From positions 1 to 64,000 of the forward strand of contig JAUCBJ010007911.1 of the NCBI GenBank assembly GCA_032718475.1: 64,000 nucleotides of DNA. The letters are read 5' to 3'. Positions 11,101 to 23,681 of the stretch are shown here, piece by piece. Each line of letters begins with the position of its first letter. Position 1 is the stretch's first letter. The notes under the pieces are model-generated. The model did no database searches. It saw nothing but the letters and a program-made list of their open reading frames with translations, and was not told where the DNA came from. This stretch comes from Nemertoderma westbladi (Eukaryota > Animalia > Xenacoelomorpha). The position numbers and the translations under genes were made by a program.

Positions 11101-13380
11101 GTCAGTAATGAGCCTGCAATAACATCAACACCAGAGTAAGTAATGAGCCTGCAATAACATCAACACCAGAGTCAGTAATGAGCCTGCAATATCGAACAGT
11201 AAAATCAACCCCAGAGCCAGTAATGAGCCTGCAATATCGAACAGTAAAATCAACACAAGTGTCAGTAATGAGCCTGCAATATCGAACAGTGAAATCAACA
11301 CTAGAGCAGGAATGGGCCTGCAATATCGAACAGTAAAATCAACGACAAGTGTCAGTAATGAGCCTGCAATATCGAACAGTAAAATCAACACAAGTGTCAG
11401 TAATGAGCCTGCAATATCGAACAGTAAAATCAACACAAATGTCAGTAATGAGCCTGCAATATCGAACAGTAAAATCAACACAAGTGTCAGTAATGAGCCT
11501 GCAATATCGAACAGTAAAATCAACCCCAGAGCCAGTAATGGGCCTGCAATATCGAACAGTAAAATCAACACCAGAGTTAGTAATGGGCCTGCAATATCGA
11601 ACAGTAAAATCAACACAAGTGTCAGTAATGAGCCTGCAATATCGAACAGTAAACTCAACCCCAGAGCCGGTAATGGGCCTGCAATATCGAACAGTAAAAT
11701 AAACACCAGAGTCAGTAATGAGCCTGCAATATCGAACAGTAAAATCAACCCCAGAGCCAGTAATGAGCCTGCAATATCGAACAGTAAAATCAACATAAGT
11801 GTCAGTAATGAGCTTTCAATATCGAACAGTAAAATCAACCCCAGAGTCAGTAATGAGCCTGCAATATCGAACAGTAAAATCAACCACAGAGCCAGTAATG
11901 AGACTGCAATATCGAACAGTAAAATCAACCACAGAGCCAGTAATGAGCCTGAACCCAGAGCCAGTAATGAGCCTGCAATATCGAACAGTAAAATCAACCC
12001 CAGAGTCAGTAATGAGCCTGCAATATCGAACAGTAAAATCAACCCCAGAGCCAGTAATGAGCCTGCAATATCGAACAGTAAAATCAACATAAGTGTCAGT
12101 ATTGAGCCTGCAATATCGAACAGTAAAATCAACACCAGAGTCAGTAATGAGCCTGCAATATCGAACAGTAAAATCAACCCCAGAGCCAGTAATGGGCCTG
12201 AAATATCGAACAGTAAAATCAACACCAAAGTCAGTATTGAGCCTGCAATATCGAACAGTAAAATCAACCCCAGAGCCAGTAATGAGCCTGCAATATCGAA
12301 CGAACAGTAAAATCAACCCCAGAGTCAGTAATGAGCCTGCAATATCGAACAGTAAAATCAACCACAGAGCCAGTAATGAGCCTGCAATATCGAACAGTAA
12401 AATCAACACCAGAGTAGTAATGAGCCTGCAATATCGAACAGTAAAATCAACACCAGAGTCAGTAATGAGCCTGCAATATCGAACAGTAAAATCAACCCCA
12501 GAGCCAGTAATGAGCCTGCAATATCGAACAGTAAAATCAACACCAAAGTCAGTATTGAGCCTGCAATAACATCAAAACCAGAGTCAGTAATGAGCCTGCA
12601 ATATCGAACAGTAAAATCAACACCAGAGTCAGTAATGAGCCTGCAATATCGAACAGTAAAATCAACCCCAGAGCCAGTAATGGGCCTGAAATATCGAACA
12701 GTAAAATCAACACCAAAGTCAGTATTGAGCCTGCAATATCGAACAGTAAAATCAACCCCAGAGCCAGTAATGGGCCTGAAATATCGAACAGTAAAATCAA
12801 CCCCAGAGCCAGTAATGAGCTTGCAATATCGAACAGTAAAATCAACACCAAAGTCAGTATTGAGCCTGCAATATCGAACAGTAAAATCAACACCAAAGTC
12901 AGTATTGAGCCTGCAATATCGAACAGTAAAATCAACCCCAGAAGCCAGTAATGGGCCTGAAATATCGAACAGTAAAATCAACACCAAAGTCAGTATTGAG
13001 CCTGCAATATCGAACAGTAAAATCAACCCCAGAGCCAGTAATGGGCCTGAAATATCGAACAGTAAAATCAACCCCAGAGCCAGTAATGAGCTTGCAATAT
13101 CGAACAGTAAAATCAACACCAAAGTCAGTATTGAGCCTGCAATATCGAACAGTAAAATCAACACCAAAGTCAGTATTGAGCCTGCGATATCGAAAAGTAA
13201 AATAAACCCCAGAGCCAGTAATGAGCCTGCAATATCGAACAGTAAAATCAACCCCAGAGTCAGTAATGGGCCTGCAATATCGAACAGTAAAATCAACACC
13301 AAAGTCAGTATTGAGCCTGCAATATCGAACAGTAAAATCAACACCAAAGTCAGTATTGAACCTGCAATATCGAACAGTAA
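11101..13380. repeat. 45-bp satellite, left arm
   Basis: Unit CAGTAATGAGCCTGCAATATCGAACAGTAAAATCAACCCCAGAGC with point variants and shorter deletion variants. Confidence 0.97.
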
Positions 13381-13950
13381 TGTGACTGGATCCACCGAGG
13401 ATCCCGGTTTATCCGATTTCTTAACTACGCGTCCCCGCCGTGTGCATGAAAAGAGTCCTGGTGTTATTAACTCTGGTTATTGTTGGTAACGTATGTATAA
13501 TGTATAGAGTATAAGCACAGTTTATGGATTGCAGGATTGGATGAGTACCGGTAACGTACAAATGTGATATAATGGCAGTGGACGGAGACGGTGATAAGAG
13601 TCTCGGTACCACCCTAACTAACTGACTAAAGAGTGAATGAATGATACACTGACATGGTAATATATTGCACCGGTTGGCCGCATTACACTACTCAGCCGAT
13701 GCCTTCCCCCCATTGGCTAATAACTCACTTGTCACCCTCCCATTTCCCTGGGTGTGCTTCCCCCCCGCTGCTGTCTCTCTCTCCCTCCCGGAGGTATAAC
13801 CTCTGACCCCCGCTGTGTGTGTTCCCTTGGGGCCTATTGTCCCCGCTTATTGGGGTGACACGAGGTTGATTGGTAACCAACCTCGTGCTCCCAATATTGC
13901 TTAAAACCAACTCTGTGTGGGCCTGGTTAGCGGAATTGAATACGCTAACA
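13381..13950 (-). repeat. 3' LTR (570 bp)
   Basis: TGTGAC...GCTAACA; direct repeat of 25272-25853 with about 3 substitutions and a few short indels by eye. Confidence 0.95.
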
Positions 13951-13960
13951 CTCCCCCCCA
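13951..13960 (-). promoter_or_regulatory. Polypurine tract
   Basis: Minus strand TGGGGGGGAG immediately precedes the TGTTAGC start of the 3' LTR. Confidence 0.8.
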
Positions 13961-14282
13961 TGCTATCTTCCTGGTGAGAAGATAGCATCCACCTCTAGTG
14001 CGCTACAATTCCGCTGGATCTCGACCTAGTATCGAGTGTGGGTGGAACTATTTTCTCGGAGCCGGCTTTCCAGACCGCCCCCTATGGGTATGATATCGCT
14101 ACCCTGTTTACCTGGCGTCCCGTGTCGGGCCGATCGTGCGCTCCTCTCACACGACTTTTGTTTCCCCAACACTTTCACCACTAACTCTACTCTGTTCTCA
14201 CCCTGACTCTCCTCTACTTCTCCTCACTTCCGCTCTAACTCTCGGACCTTCCCTGTCCCTCACTCAGCCTCTTATTCCTCCC

Positions 14283-14621
14283 AATAGCAAAATTTATCTC
14301 AAAATTAGATAATGTATTCGATTGAGTAAACAGCCCGATATATGTAATGTTTGATATACTTAGTTAGTATTATGTGTGTTTGTTGGGAATATAAATATAT
14401 GTTACTCTACTATGTATTACATCTGGTCCTCACACGGCTATAATGTTGTCTATATAAGCATCTGTAATATTTTTGTATGATAATGTGCTGTCTTATTTTG
14501 AGGGTGACGGTAGATATTTTGATTTGTACGTCTCATTTTGTATCTTGTTTAGTGCATATTACCGATGTTAGTTATGTAACAGTTAATGTGAAGACAATAA
14601 ACAATCAATCAATCAATCAAT
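14283..14621 (+). mobile_element. AT-rich 3' end of a non-LTR retroposon nested in the BEL 3' UTR
   Basis: Abrupt AT-rich block ending in AATAAA (14596-14601) and a (CAAT)5 tail, within C-rich BEL sequence; TSD unclear. Confidence 0.55.
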
Positions 14622-15319
14622 CCCCCCCCCACACTTGAATTGCGCCCGCACTCTCCCCGCACTACAACTCAACCCCTATCTCACTCACTCACTCCCGGCG
14701 AGTCTCACCCCCCTCCCGTGCCGTCGCACTCAAGAAGTGTGAAGTCGTCCAGCGTCCCGTTCGTCATAGTCAATCGTCCCCCAGTCCCAGTAGCTAATTG
14801 GAAAAAGGTTGAATGACTATAGTACTTACTTCGATTATATTTTGCTAAACTAATAATGATTACTACGTACGTACCTACTAATTGCACTTTTCAATTATAT
14901 AAATTACTTGAATTTGTACTTAGGAGTTCGCACATCTCGCGTGGTGCCTTCCAGGCATGTTACACCAAAGTCTTAGTTCGTTCCACCAGCCTTTGGGAAC
15001 CACCTCAAGTCTTTCCCTCTGTCGTCCTCCTCCCTAGGTCGTTTCCTGGTCACTGCCACTCCTTTGATCTTGTCTGCTTTCTGGCTTCGGACCCTCGCCG
15101 CCACCTCCTTACTGATCCCGGTCGTCGACTCCTTGGGTGCCGGTGTTATTAGCTCCCGCTATCGCTTCGCGGGTGGCCGCTCCGAGTGGCCCTGTTGTCT
15201 CCCCCTGGTGGCGTCCCATAGGATCATCTTCATTGCCCGCGGCACATGCTCCGCCAAGAAGTCCCTGAACTCTCCTCTGTTCTGTGGCGTCCACCTGTCC
15301 AAATACCTCTGCGTATTTA

Positions 15320-17629
15320 TCACCCCGGCATATGACGCCACCATCGCCACTTCCTGGTAGGTAAACGGAAGCTCCGTTTGATAATCTCCATGTGGGCCTC
15401 CTGATTGATGTTAAAGAAGCCCCACCAGAACTCCTGGGCCTTCATACATTGCCGAGTCATCGCCCCGACGTCGGCCCACTCCTCGAAGATCCTAAACTTC
15501 TCTTCGTCGTCCATCCAGTCACACTGGCGTCCGTAATGTCCCCGAAAGTTACACTTCGAACATCGGTTATGCAACCGTGGACACGCCCCCATCCTGTGGC
15601 TCGACTCGCGGCAGTAGAGACAACTAGTCCCTTTCTGGAACCGGTACAAACAGCTCCTTTCCTGATGGGTCTGTCTCCCACAGTAGTCACAGCCGAGCAC
15701 CAATGTCTCCCGCCCCACGTCGTCTTTCGTCCCAAGCGATCGCCGCGGTCTGTGGAGTCGCTGGTAAGCGAACTTCCGGATGTTAGCATCCCTGTCTACG
15801 TCGATCTCCTCGCCCCTCCTGGGCATCGTCTCCCCGAATACTACCCGTGGTGCCGTCCCCGGTTGCTCGCCCAACCTGATAGTGCTCCCCGCGAAATCCA
15901 TCGCCGGCTCCTCGTGCACCCAGGCCCGCTTGCCGGGTCTATCCCAGAAGGCCCTCGCCCCACTGGCCGTCACCACCCTCCCGCCAACCCAGTCCGTGTC
16001 CGAGTGGCCGATCCTCCCGATGGGCGGCATCTCTCCGAACTCGTCGTCGTCCTCCTCTGGCAGTGGCTCCAACCCCGGTATCCCAGTGGACCCACTATGT
16101 CCCTTCCCGCCTTGGCTCTCGCCTGTAGCTTTCCATCCTTCTAGCTCCCCTAGCCTCCTTAGCGGCTGGTCGCCCTCGGCGCCCGCTGGTATGGGCATCG
16201 TCTGCAATCCCGACGTTGACTGTTTCGGTGATCCCACCATCCATCCTAGTTCTCGCCTTAGAGACTCCCCCGAACTCCCTGATGAGGTCCAACGAAGTTC
16301 GTATAAGGCCGCCTGTTCCTCGAAGCCATAGCTCTGTGCCCTAGCTTCCTCCTCCCTTTCCTCTGCTTCTCTCCTCTCCTGTCTAGCGACTTCTTCCAAT
16401 CGCTTTGCCTCTCGTCTATCCGTCTCTAGCTGCTCCCACCTCTAATACGGCGTATCTACCTCCCCGTCTACCAGATATCGGCTGTTGTAGTACACCGACT
16501 CGCCCTTCAGCCCCAGGTGGTCTACCAGACCCTCGAAAGCCGTCTTAAAGGCTCTTCTGTAGCTTAGGGGTGATCCCGATAATAGGAATGCCGTTGGTTC
16601 CCTCTCGATAACCACGGTCATGAATAGGTTAAGCAAACCCATCATTATCCAGTCCTCCTGTAGGATATATCGCTTCTGATATACCTTTATCGCTCCTCTC
16701 CGGAATTGATACACCTCTTGTCTCCCTGGCCTCGCTCCCCACTTCAGCGAGTTCACCAAGTCCGCTCCGTACTCCTCTCTGAACTTACTCCAGTCCATCG
16801 GTTTGTGACACACAAGCCCCATTAACTGGCCCATTGCCACCGCCCCGCAATGTCCTGTGTTCTCCACTAGTCCCAACCCGTCTGGTGCTGTCATAGCCAT
16901 ATAGACCGTCTGCATATCCAGAAGGTTGGGGGTGTCCGGACCGATGATTCTCTCCGCGTCATCGCGAATCGCTGATCCCACTTTTGTCGTCGACTTCTCT
17001 CTCACTAGGGTTTGCACCGCCTTCGGCAACCGGTTCAACTTCGGCCCGTCTTTCTTTCCATACATTCCTAGATCGAATAGGAATATATCCCCATTTGGCG
17101 CGGCCAAATGTAGGAGTATGGTTCTGGCCGACCCCGCCGATCCTCTCCTCGAATCCTCCTCGTCTTCCACGGTTCCTTCGTCGTCTAGGATCATGTATCC
17201 TCCCCTGCTGACGGACTCTACGAACCTCTTCCAATCTTTCCTCGGTGGCTCTCTCGCGTACTTTGGAATCCCGTACTTCGCCTCGTCTCCTTTCACCACG
17301 TAGTGGAAATGCTCGAAGATCGCATTGTCCAGCGACGGCGTCCCGTAGGTCCCGACCAGCCGCTGTTCGTGCACCTCCCTGAAATGGTCCTATAGCGCTC
17401 ACGCTGCGTGACCTCTCTCTAACCGCTCGTAGTATCCCCTCATCTTCTCTTCCGGATGCCTCTTGGTGAAATCCACTAGTATTTCTTTTCCTCCTGACTC
17501 CGCCTTTCTCTTCCTGATCAGTTTCCCTGCCATTCCGAACTCTTTCACTCGCTCACCTGTAAGGTGGTGCCTTGCCAAGGCGCAGTACAGATGAGTGATA
17601 AAGTTAAGATGGTCTGTACAGTTCGACAA
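15320..17629 (-). pseudogene. BEL accessory ORF: putative DEDDy 3'-5' exonuclease, charged coil and 3 CCHC zinc knuckles; three in-frame stops
   Basis: ORFs 17399-17629, 16442-17374 and 15320-16399 lie in one frame (stops at 17399-17401, 17390-17392, 16442-16444). ILDDEG, LLHLA..DIFLFDL, LPKAVQTLV..KVGSAIRDD, LLDMQ, QKRYILQED; CDYC-H-C, CLYC-H-C, CSKC-H-C. Confidence 0.65.
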
Positions 17630-18029
17630 TGGCCTATTTCCTACTTACTTTTGAGTTATAGCCTAAATTTTACTACTTTGTTTCTGAAACTATCAAATTG
17701 TGCCCTAAATTACAATTTTGTCCGTTACTTTAATTATGTTGCAGAATTTACTTTCTACTGTTACCATAATTTGTTGATTTTCTAATTTCTCATTTATTTT
17801 AATTTAATTCAATCCTACTACTGTGCTACTACTTACTATTGCCAATGGATTACTCTATTTCATAATCCACATTCTGGCCTACTCTGTGGGCTTGTGCAGT
17901 ACAACAGTATGCGTCGTGTGGCCTATACGATTTATCCAGCTGTACTCATATGCCCCCCTCTCGCTACTCACTACTAACTAATACCTACATTATACATACC
18001 CTTCTACCACTAACTCTTACTATCCGGTG

Positions 18030-18500
18030 CTACGTACCCTCTTACTAACTTCTAACTAACTTCTACCAACCAGTACTACGTACCCTCTTACTAAATCTAA
18101 CTCCGCTAACTAACTAACTGGTACTTACATACCCTCTTACTAACTCTAACTCCGCTAACTAACTAACTGGTACTTACGTACCCTCTTACTAACTCTAACT
18201 CTCTTCAACTAACTAATGGTACTACGTACCCTCTAACTACCTCCAACTCTCTTCAACTAACTAACGGTACTATGTACCCTCTAACTACCTCTAACTCTCT
18301 TCAACTAATTAACGGTACTATGTACCCTCTTACTAACTCTAACTCTCTTCAACCAACTAACGGTACTATGTACCCTCTAACTACTTAGCTAACTAACGGT
18401 ACTACGTACCCTCTGACTACTAACTCCTACTAACTAATGGTACTACGTACCCTCTAACTACCTACTCTTACTATCTGCCTAACTCTTACTAACTTCCATC
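18030..18500. repeat. Degenerate ~40-60-bp tandem repeats between pol and the accessory ORF
   Basis: About nine recurrences of GGTACTA(C/T)GTACCCTCT followed by CTAA-rich spacers. Confidence 0.8.
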
Positions 18501-18620
18501 TGCCTACTTTCTCTTCCTTTATTTATTATTTTTTATATTTTATTTTATTTGTGGGAAGGGCGTCTCGCCCTCAATCCCACCCCCCTCAGTCCAAAACTTG
18601 GACGACTAAACTCTTCACAA

Positions 18621-20483
18621 CTATGGTGCTCCCTCTAATAGGCAGCACTTGCCTACAGCCCTTCTATAGGTCTTTCTATCTTTCGCTCCCATCTTCCCAC
18701 CTATCCGCACTTCTACCGAACGGACTCTTCCGTCCTCGTCGGAGTAAGTGCCCACAACTCTCGCCAACCGCCATTGGTTGTTGATGATGGTATCATCCGT
18801 GACGATCACCAGATCACCCTCCTTTAACTCTTTGTTCGTGTTCCTCCACTTACATCTCCTGTGGAGCGTGGGTAGGTATTCCTCGACCCACCTCCTCCAG
18901 TACTCTGCGCTTATCGCTTTAGCGACTTTCCAACTCTGTTGGGAGTGTATATCGTCTGGGTCTACACCCCACATGTCGATGGTCGCTGACCTCTCCATTA
19001 GAAAGTGACTGGGCATCAGCACATCTAATGACTCCGGGTCATCATTTTCTGGGTATAGCGGTCTGCTATTAATGATACCCTCGCACTTTGCTAGTACCGT
19101 CCTCAGCACGTCCTCTGTAACCATGTGGGTGTTCATCAATTTCGTCATCAGACGCTTGGAACTACCCACTAGTCTCTTGACGCATCCTAGAGTATGCGGA
19201 GCATACGGCGTCCTCCTCTCCCACTTCACTTGTCGTCTTCTCATGGCTGCTCTGACTTCTTCCCCTTCCAGGATATCCAAGGCATCCGCCATCTCGTTCT
19301 CCACCCCCACAAAGTTGGTTCCGCTGTCAGAATATATTACTGCAATCGTCCCACCTTTGCGGTCTCTGAACCTTTCTAGAGCATTAATGAATGCTGATGC
19401 GGTTGCATCTTGGGCGAGTTCTATCCCTACCGCCCGTGTATTGTTACATACGAAGATGATGCCGTAGCGCTTCTCCGTGTGCCGCATCACCTTAATCTTT
19501 ATTGGCCCGAACATATCCACACCGCAATGCGTAAATGGCGGGTCGTGCTGTCTTACTCTACTGGCCGGTAGTGGCGCCATTTCCTGTATGGCCCGCTCCT
19601 TCTTAGCTCGTCGGCAGGTCTGGCATTGCCCCACTACCGCCTTTACCTTCTTTCTCAACTGTTTGACCCAAAAGGTCCTTCGTATCTCTGTGAGGGTACG
19701 GTTGGTGCCCCCGTGCAATATCGACTTATGGGAGTCCCAGATGATCTGATGGACTATCGGTGATCCATTGGGGATGATGATGGGCTTTGGTGGGATGACA
19801 ATACTGTTGTTGTTCAACACCCTAGAGTTCATTACTAGGATCCCGTCATCAATAAGTTGTGGTGACAGTGCGATCAGTTCGCTGTCCCGTCGGAGATGCT
19901 GTTGTTTACCGACGCGTTCCACTTCGTTGCCGTAATTCTTCCTCTGTTCGTAGTGGATGACGGCTTTGGCCGCCCCCTCCAGATCGACGGTTATTTTACC
20001 CTTTGTATCTCTACCGATTCCCCTAAGGAAGTCCCCGAAGGCTCTCCAGTACGCTACTAACTTCTTGGTCTTATACCAACTAGAGCTGTAGCTAAGGAGT
20101 TTGTCCGTTGGGTTATCGCACAGTTCTTCCGGTTTCGGTTGCACGTCCCTTATCTCCCTCACCATCTGGCTGTATATCTCCTCACCTTCTGAATCTACTC
20201 CCTCCTCTTCTAACGCTACTTGTTCTGCGCCCGGGTCCACCTTTCTCATCGGCAGCCAGGCTGTCCTGTCGTTCAGAAATTGCGGCCCATGCTGCCACAA
20301 TACTTCCTTCTTCAAGAAAGTGTGGCGTGCCACGCCCCTCGATAACAAGTCCGCTGGGTTCTCGTCCGTTGGGCAGTAGTGCCACCTTCCTAACTCCGTA
20401 ATTGCCCTTATTTTGTCCACCCTATTTGCGACGAATATAGGGTATCTCGTCCTTTCGTTGTGTAGCCAACCGAGCACTACCAT
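18621..20483 (-). pseudogene. BEL/Pao pol: end of RNase H plus integrase
   Basis: FVANRV, WHYCPTDENPADLLSRG, HHCC zinc finger (H..ILHGG...CQTC), GVDMFGP, YSDSGTNFVG, GCVKRLV (K at the usual catalytic E), INSRPL, WRRWVEEYLPTL C-terminal domain. Confidence 0.92.
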
Positions 20484-22032
20484 GGAATGAATGGTGTGTT
20501 TCCACTATGTTGGGAATAGCGTCCACTAAGTAGGCTGTGGCCCTAACTCCTAATCTCGCAGCTGTCAACTCGAGTTTCGGAACTGATGCTGAATCTGGTG
20601 GCGTCAACTTCGCTTTACTGAATGCGAGTCTGGGCTTGTGAGCCCCCTCTCTTTGTACTAAGTAGAGTGCCGCTCCGTATGCCTCTAATGACGCATCGGA
20701 GAACATATGTAAATCCAGATTCGTCATGTCCCCATCCGGGAAATATACACGTGGCATGCTGCATGTTCCCATCTGCTCTAAACTCTCTGTCCACTTGCTC
20801 CATTGATTGCTAATCTCTTCCGGGACCTCTGTGTCCCATTCGTCCTTTAATTTGTATACTCTCTTGAGTATCTGTTTCCCCGTGACTAGTAATGGGGATG
20901 CTAGGCCTAGGGGATCGTATATCCTCGCTATATACGACACATAGCCCCTCTTTGTGTGGATACCTGCGCCCTCCTGACTCAACTGGTATTTCAACTCGTC
21001 TGTCTCTCGGTTCCACACGATTCCTAGTGCCTTCTGCTGGGACTCCACTCTCTTGTTCGCCATGTCCTGTCCCTTGGCTGTTGTGGGATTCTCCATGGTC
21101 GACTCTGGCCTCCTGTCCTCTATGGCTTTCATGAACTCTTGCGAGCTGGATTGGAACTTGGTTAGGTTGAACCCGGATCCTTTTAGGATGTCGCGAACCT
21201 CGCGCCCCGTGTCCAGTAGTTTCTTAACCATATTTCCAGACTCCATCCCGTCATCTACATAGAAACCTCGTCGAATCATATCGACGGCTTTGGTGCTGAA
21301 CTTATTCTCCTTCCCTTCTACCGTGTCTCTTATGGCCATAGTCATTGTAAACGAAGACGACTTGGCTCCCATATTCTGTACTATCATCTTATACATTGGT
21401 ATGGTCGACGGTTCCTCATCGCCGTCGTACCATAGGAAGCGCTGGCTATCGCTATCCTCTTCCGTTACACGGACTTGGTTGAACATGCCTTCGATGTCGC
21501 AGGTGAAAGCGTGTTTACCATTCCTGAATCTGAGTAGGACCTCGATCCCTGAGTTGTAGATGTTGGGACCCTCCAGCAGATAATCGTTTAGGCATTTTCC
21601 GTTGGTCTTGGCCGATGCATCAACTACCATCCGCAGTTTACCTTTCTTTGGGTGTAGAGCCACGTGGAGTGGCAGGTAATAGGTCCTGTCCGTGTTTGGT
21701 TCATCGACCGGTAACTCCACGGCCCATCCTTTCTCGACATACTTTCTAATTGTCTTATGAATGTACTCATTCTTCTCGGGGCTCCGTTTTAGCGTCTGCT
21801 TCAACTTACGAAGCCTTGTGAGTACCATCCCTTTGTTGTCGGGTAACGGTAGCTTCAGTAGCTTCCATACCATCCCTATGGTATACTTCCCCTCATCGCA
21901 TGTCATCGATTCCTTTACACTTTGTAAAGCCTGCTTGTCTTCTACCGAGGTTCCGATCCTGGTCTCCTTTAATCCCTCAAAATCCCGCCTGAGCAGTCTC
22001 CTGAGCTGCTCCTCCGCTCCCTCATCTCCCAT
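20422..22032 (-). pseudogene. BEL/Pao pol: reverse transcriptase and RNase H
   Basis: YYLPLH, KLRMVVDASA, CLNDYLLEGP, DIEGMFNQV, QRFLW, FYVDD, YDPLGLASP, LHMFSDAS, PKLELTAA; frameshift near 20480. Confidence 0.92.
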
Positions 22033-22035
22033 TTC

Positions 22036-23340
22036 TCACATGATTCCCGCGAACATGCATCCTGATGTCTCCGACATCCTAAATGGTATCTTACTCCTGA
22101 TTGGGCCACTCAGCGTCCACCCGAATGGTGTTAATATCGCCACCGGGTCACACTGCCTGTCTTCGCCGAAGACCGTTTGCATTCTCTCGTGGGCCGTCGG
22201 GCAGTCCATTCCTACTATGATGGATACCTTCCTGACGTCCACCTCTGGGATTGAGAAGTCAATACTGTCCAGGAATCTATATTGTTCGACCTCGATGTTG
22301 GTTGGCCGCCTGGCGTTAATATTTATCGACTCTATCACCTGGATGGGGTCTATGGTCACCCCATAGTTGCATCCCGGTGCTATCGCTGCTATCGCGCACC
22401 GTCCGGTCCTCATCTCCAGAACCTCATCTTTGCTGGAGATGGTTGTTACCGCCATTCTACTTGGCCTCGTTCTCAATCCTATCTCTTCGGCCACCCAATC
22501 CTCAACTAAGGTGAAGGCTGCACCACTGTCGACCAGCATCAGTGTGGTTACTGATCGATTGCCTTCCCCGATTATCCTTACTGGTACTACCCCCAATAGT
22601 ACCGTTCCTCTCTTCCTCGCCACTACGGTGCTCGTTGCCATTGTCTGTCCTTTACTCTGACCGAACTTAATTGGCATTTCTTTGCATTGGTTGGCTCTAT
22701 GTCCACTCATCACACATCGCGAGCAGATTTCATTTTTTCTCGCGTATTCTACCTGATCTTCCCTGGGTAGCGCCTGCCAATACCTGCAGTTCATGGTCCG
22801 ATGAAGCGCATTTGTGTGTAGTTGGCATTTGCTCTTTGGGTTGTAGCCATCCTTATAAAGTGTGTTGCATATCGCACTTATATTTGTACCAAAGTCCCTA
22901 CTATTCTTATTCTTTGGGTTCGGCCTACTGGGCGTGCTGGGGTTATGGTTATTTGTGTTGTTGTTTTTCCCCTGTCCGCTCCATGATGTGGTCTTACCCC
23001 CGGCTACTTGTGGACTGGTAGTCAGTCCCCAGCGTTGCTGCGTACGGCAGCGACTGTCTGAGCTTTGGCAATTCATTTGACGCGTTATGCTCTGGTTTCG
23101 GCCTGTGGTAATTGGTCTTTGATCCCTTTCCCAGGCTATCCTCGCTGTAGACTGGGTCCGTTATAAGTTCAGCTTCCTAGTTTAAGAAGCTTGACATCTC
23201 TTCTAAACCCGGTTCCGCACCCTTCCTATCTCGAGTGGAGAAAGCAATTTTCTCCACTTATTGCGCAGCCACATCGGTAGTGCCTGGGCTATCGTAGTGA
23301 TGTTGTTGGACGCGTTGAGTTTGTATAGCGCGTCCAGCGT
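22036..23340 (-). pseudogene. BEL gag C-terminus (zinc knuckles) and aspartic protease
   Basis: LPMWLRNKW, CQLHTNALHRTMNC, CSRCVMSGHRANQC, LLGVVPV, LVDSGA, TPFGWTLSG; premature TGA at 22036-22038 in frame with RT. Confidence 0.85.
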
Positions 23341-23681
23341 CGAGCGATCGCTGTTAGCTAGTATCACCCGTTAAATCAATTAAATCCTCCAAATCAATTA
23401 AATTGTTTTGCACGCCTAAATTAGAAACGGAATTATTTTGTTTGTTGTTTGTATCTGAATTATTCTGCGTATTTATATTATTTGGATTATTTTGTAAATT
23501 TACATTATTTGAATTATTTTGTAGATTTATATTACTTGAACCATTTGTATTTAAATTTAAATTACTACTACTAGGTAAAATATTTCCTGCAATGAAAGTT
23601 TGGTTAGAATTATCCAATACGGTACTATTAATATTAACGTTATCTACTGTATTATTATTACCCCCCCCCCCCCCCCCCCCC

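Noticed and set aside
15320-17629. Envelope gene
   Set aside because: Position fits, but no signal peptide, fusion peptide or transmembrane anchor is visible
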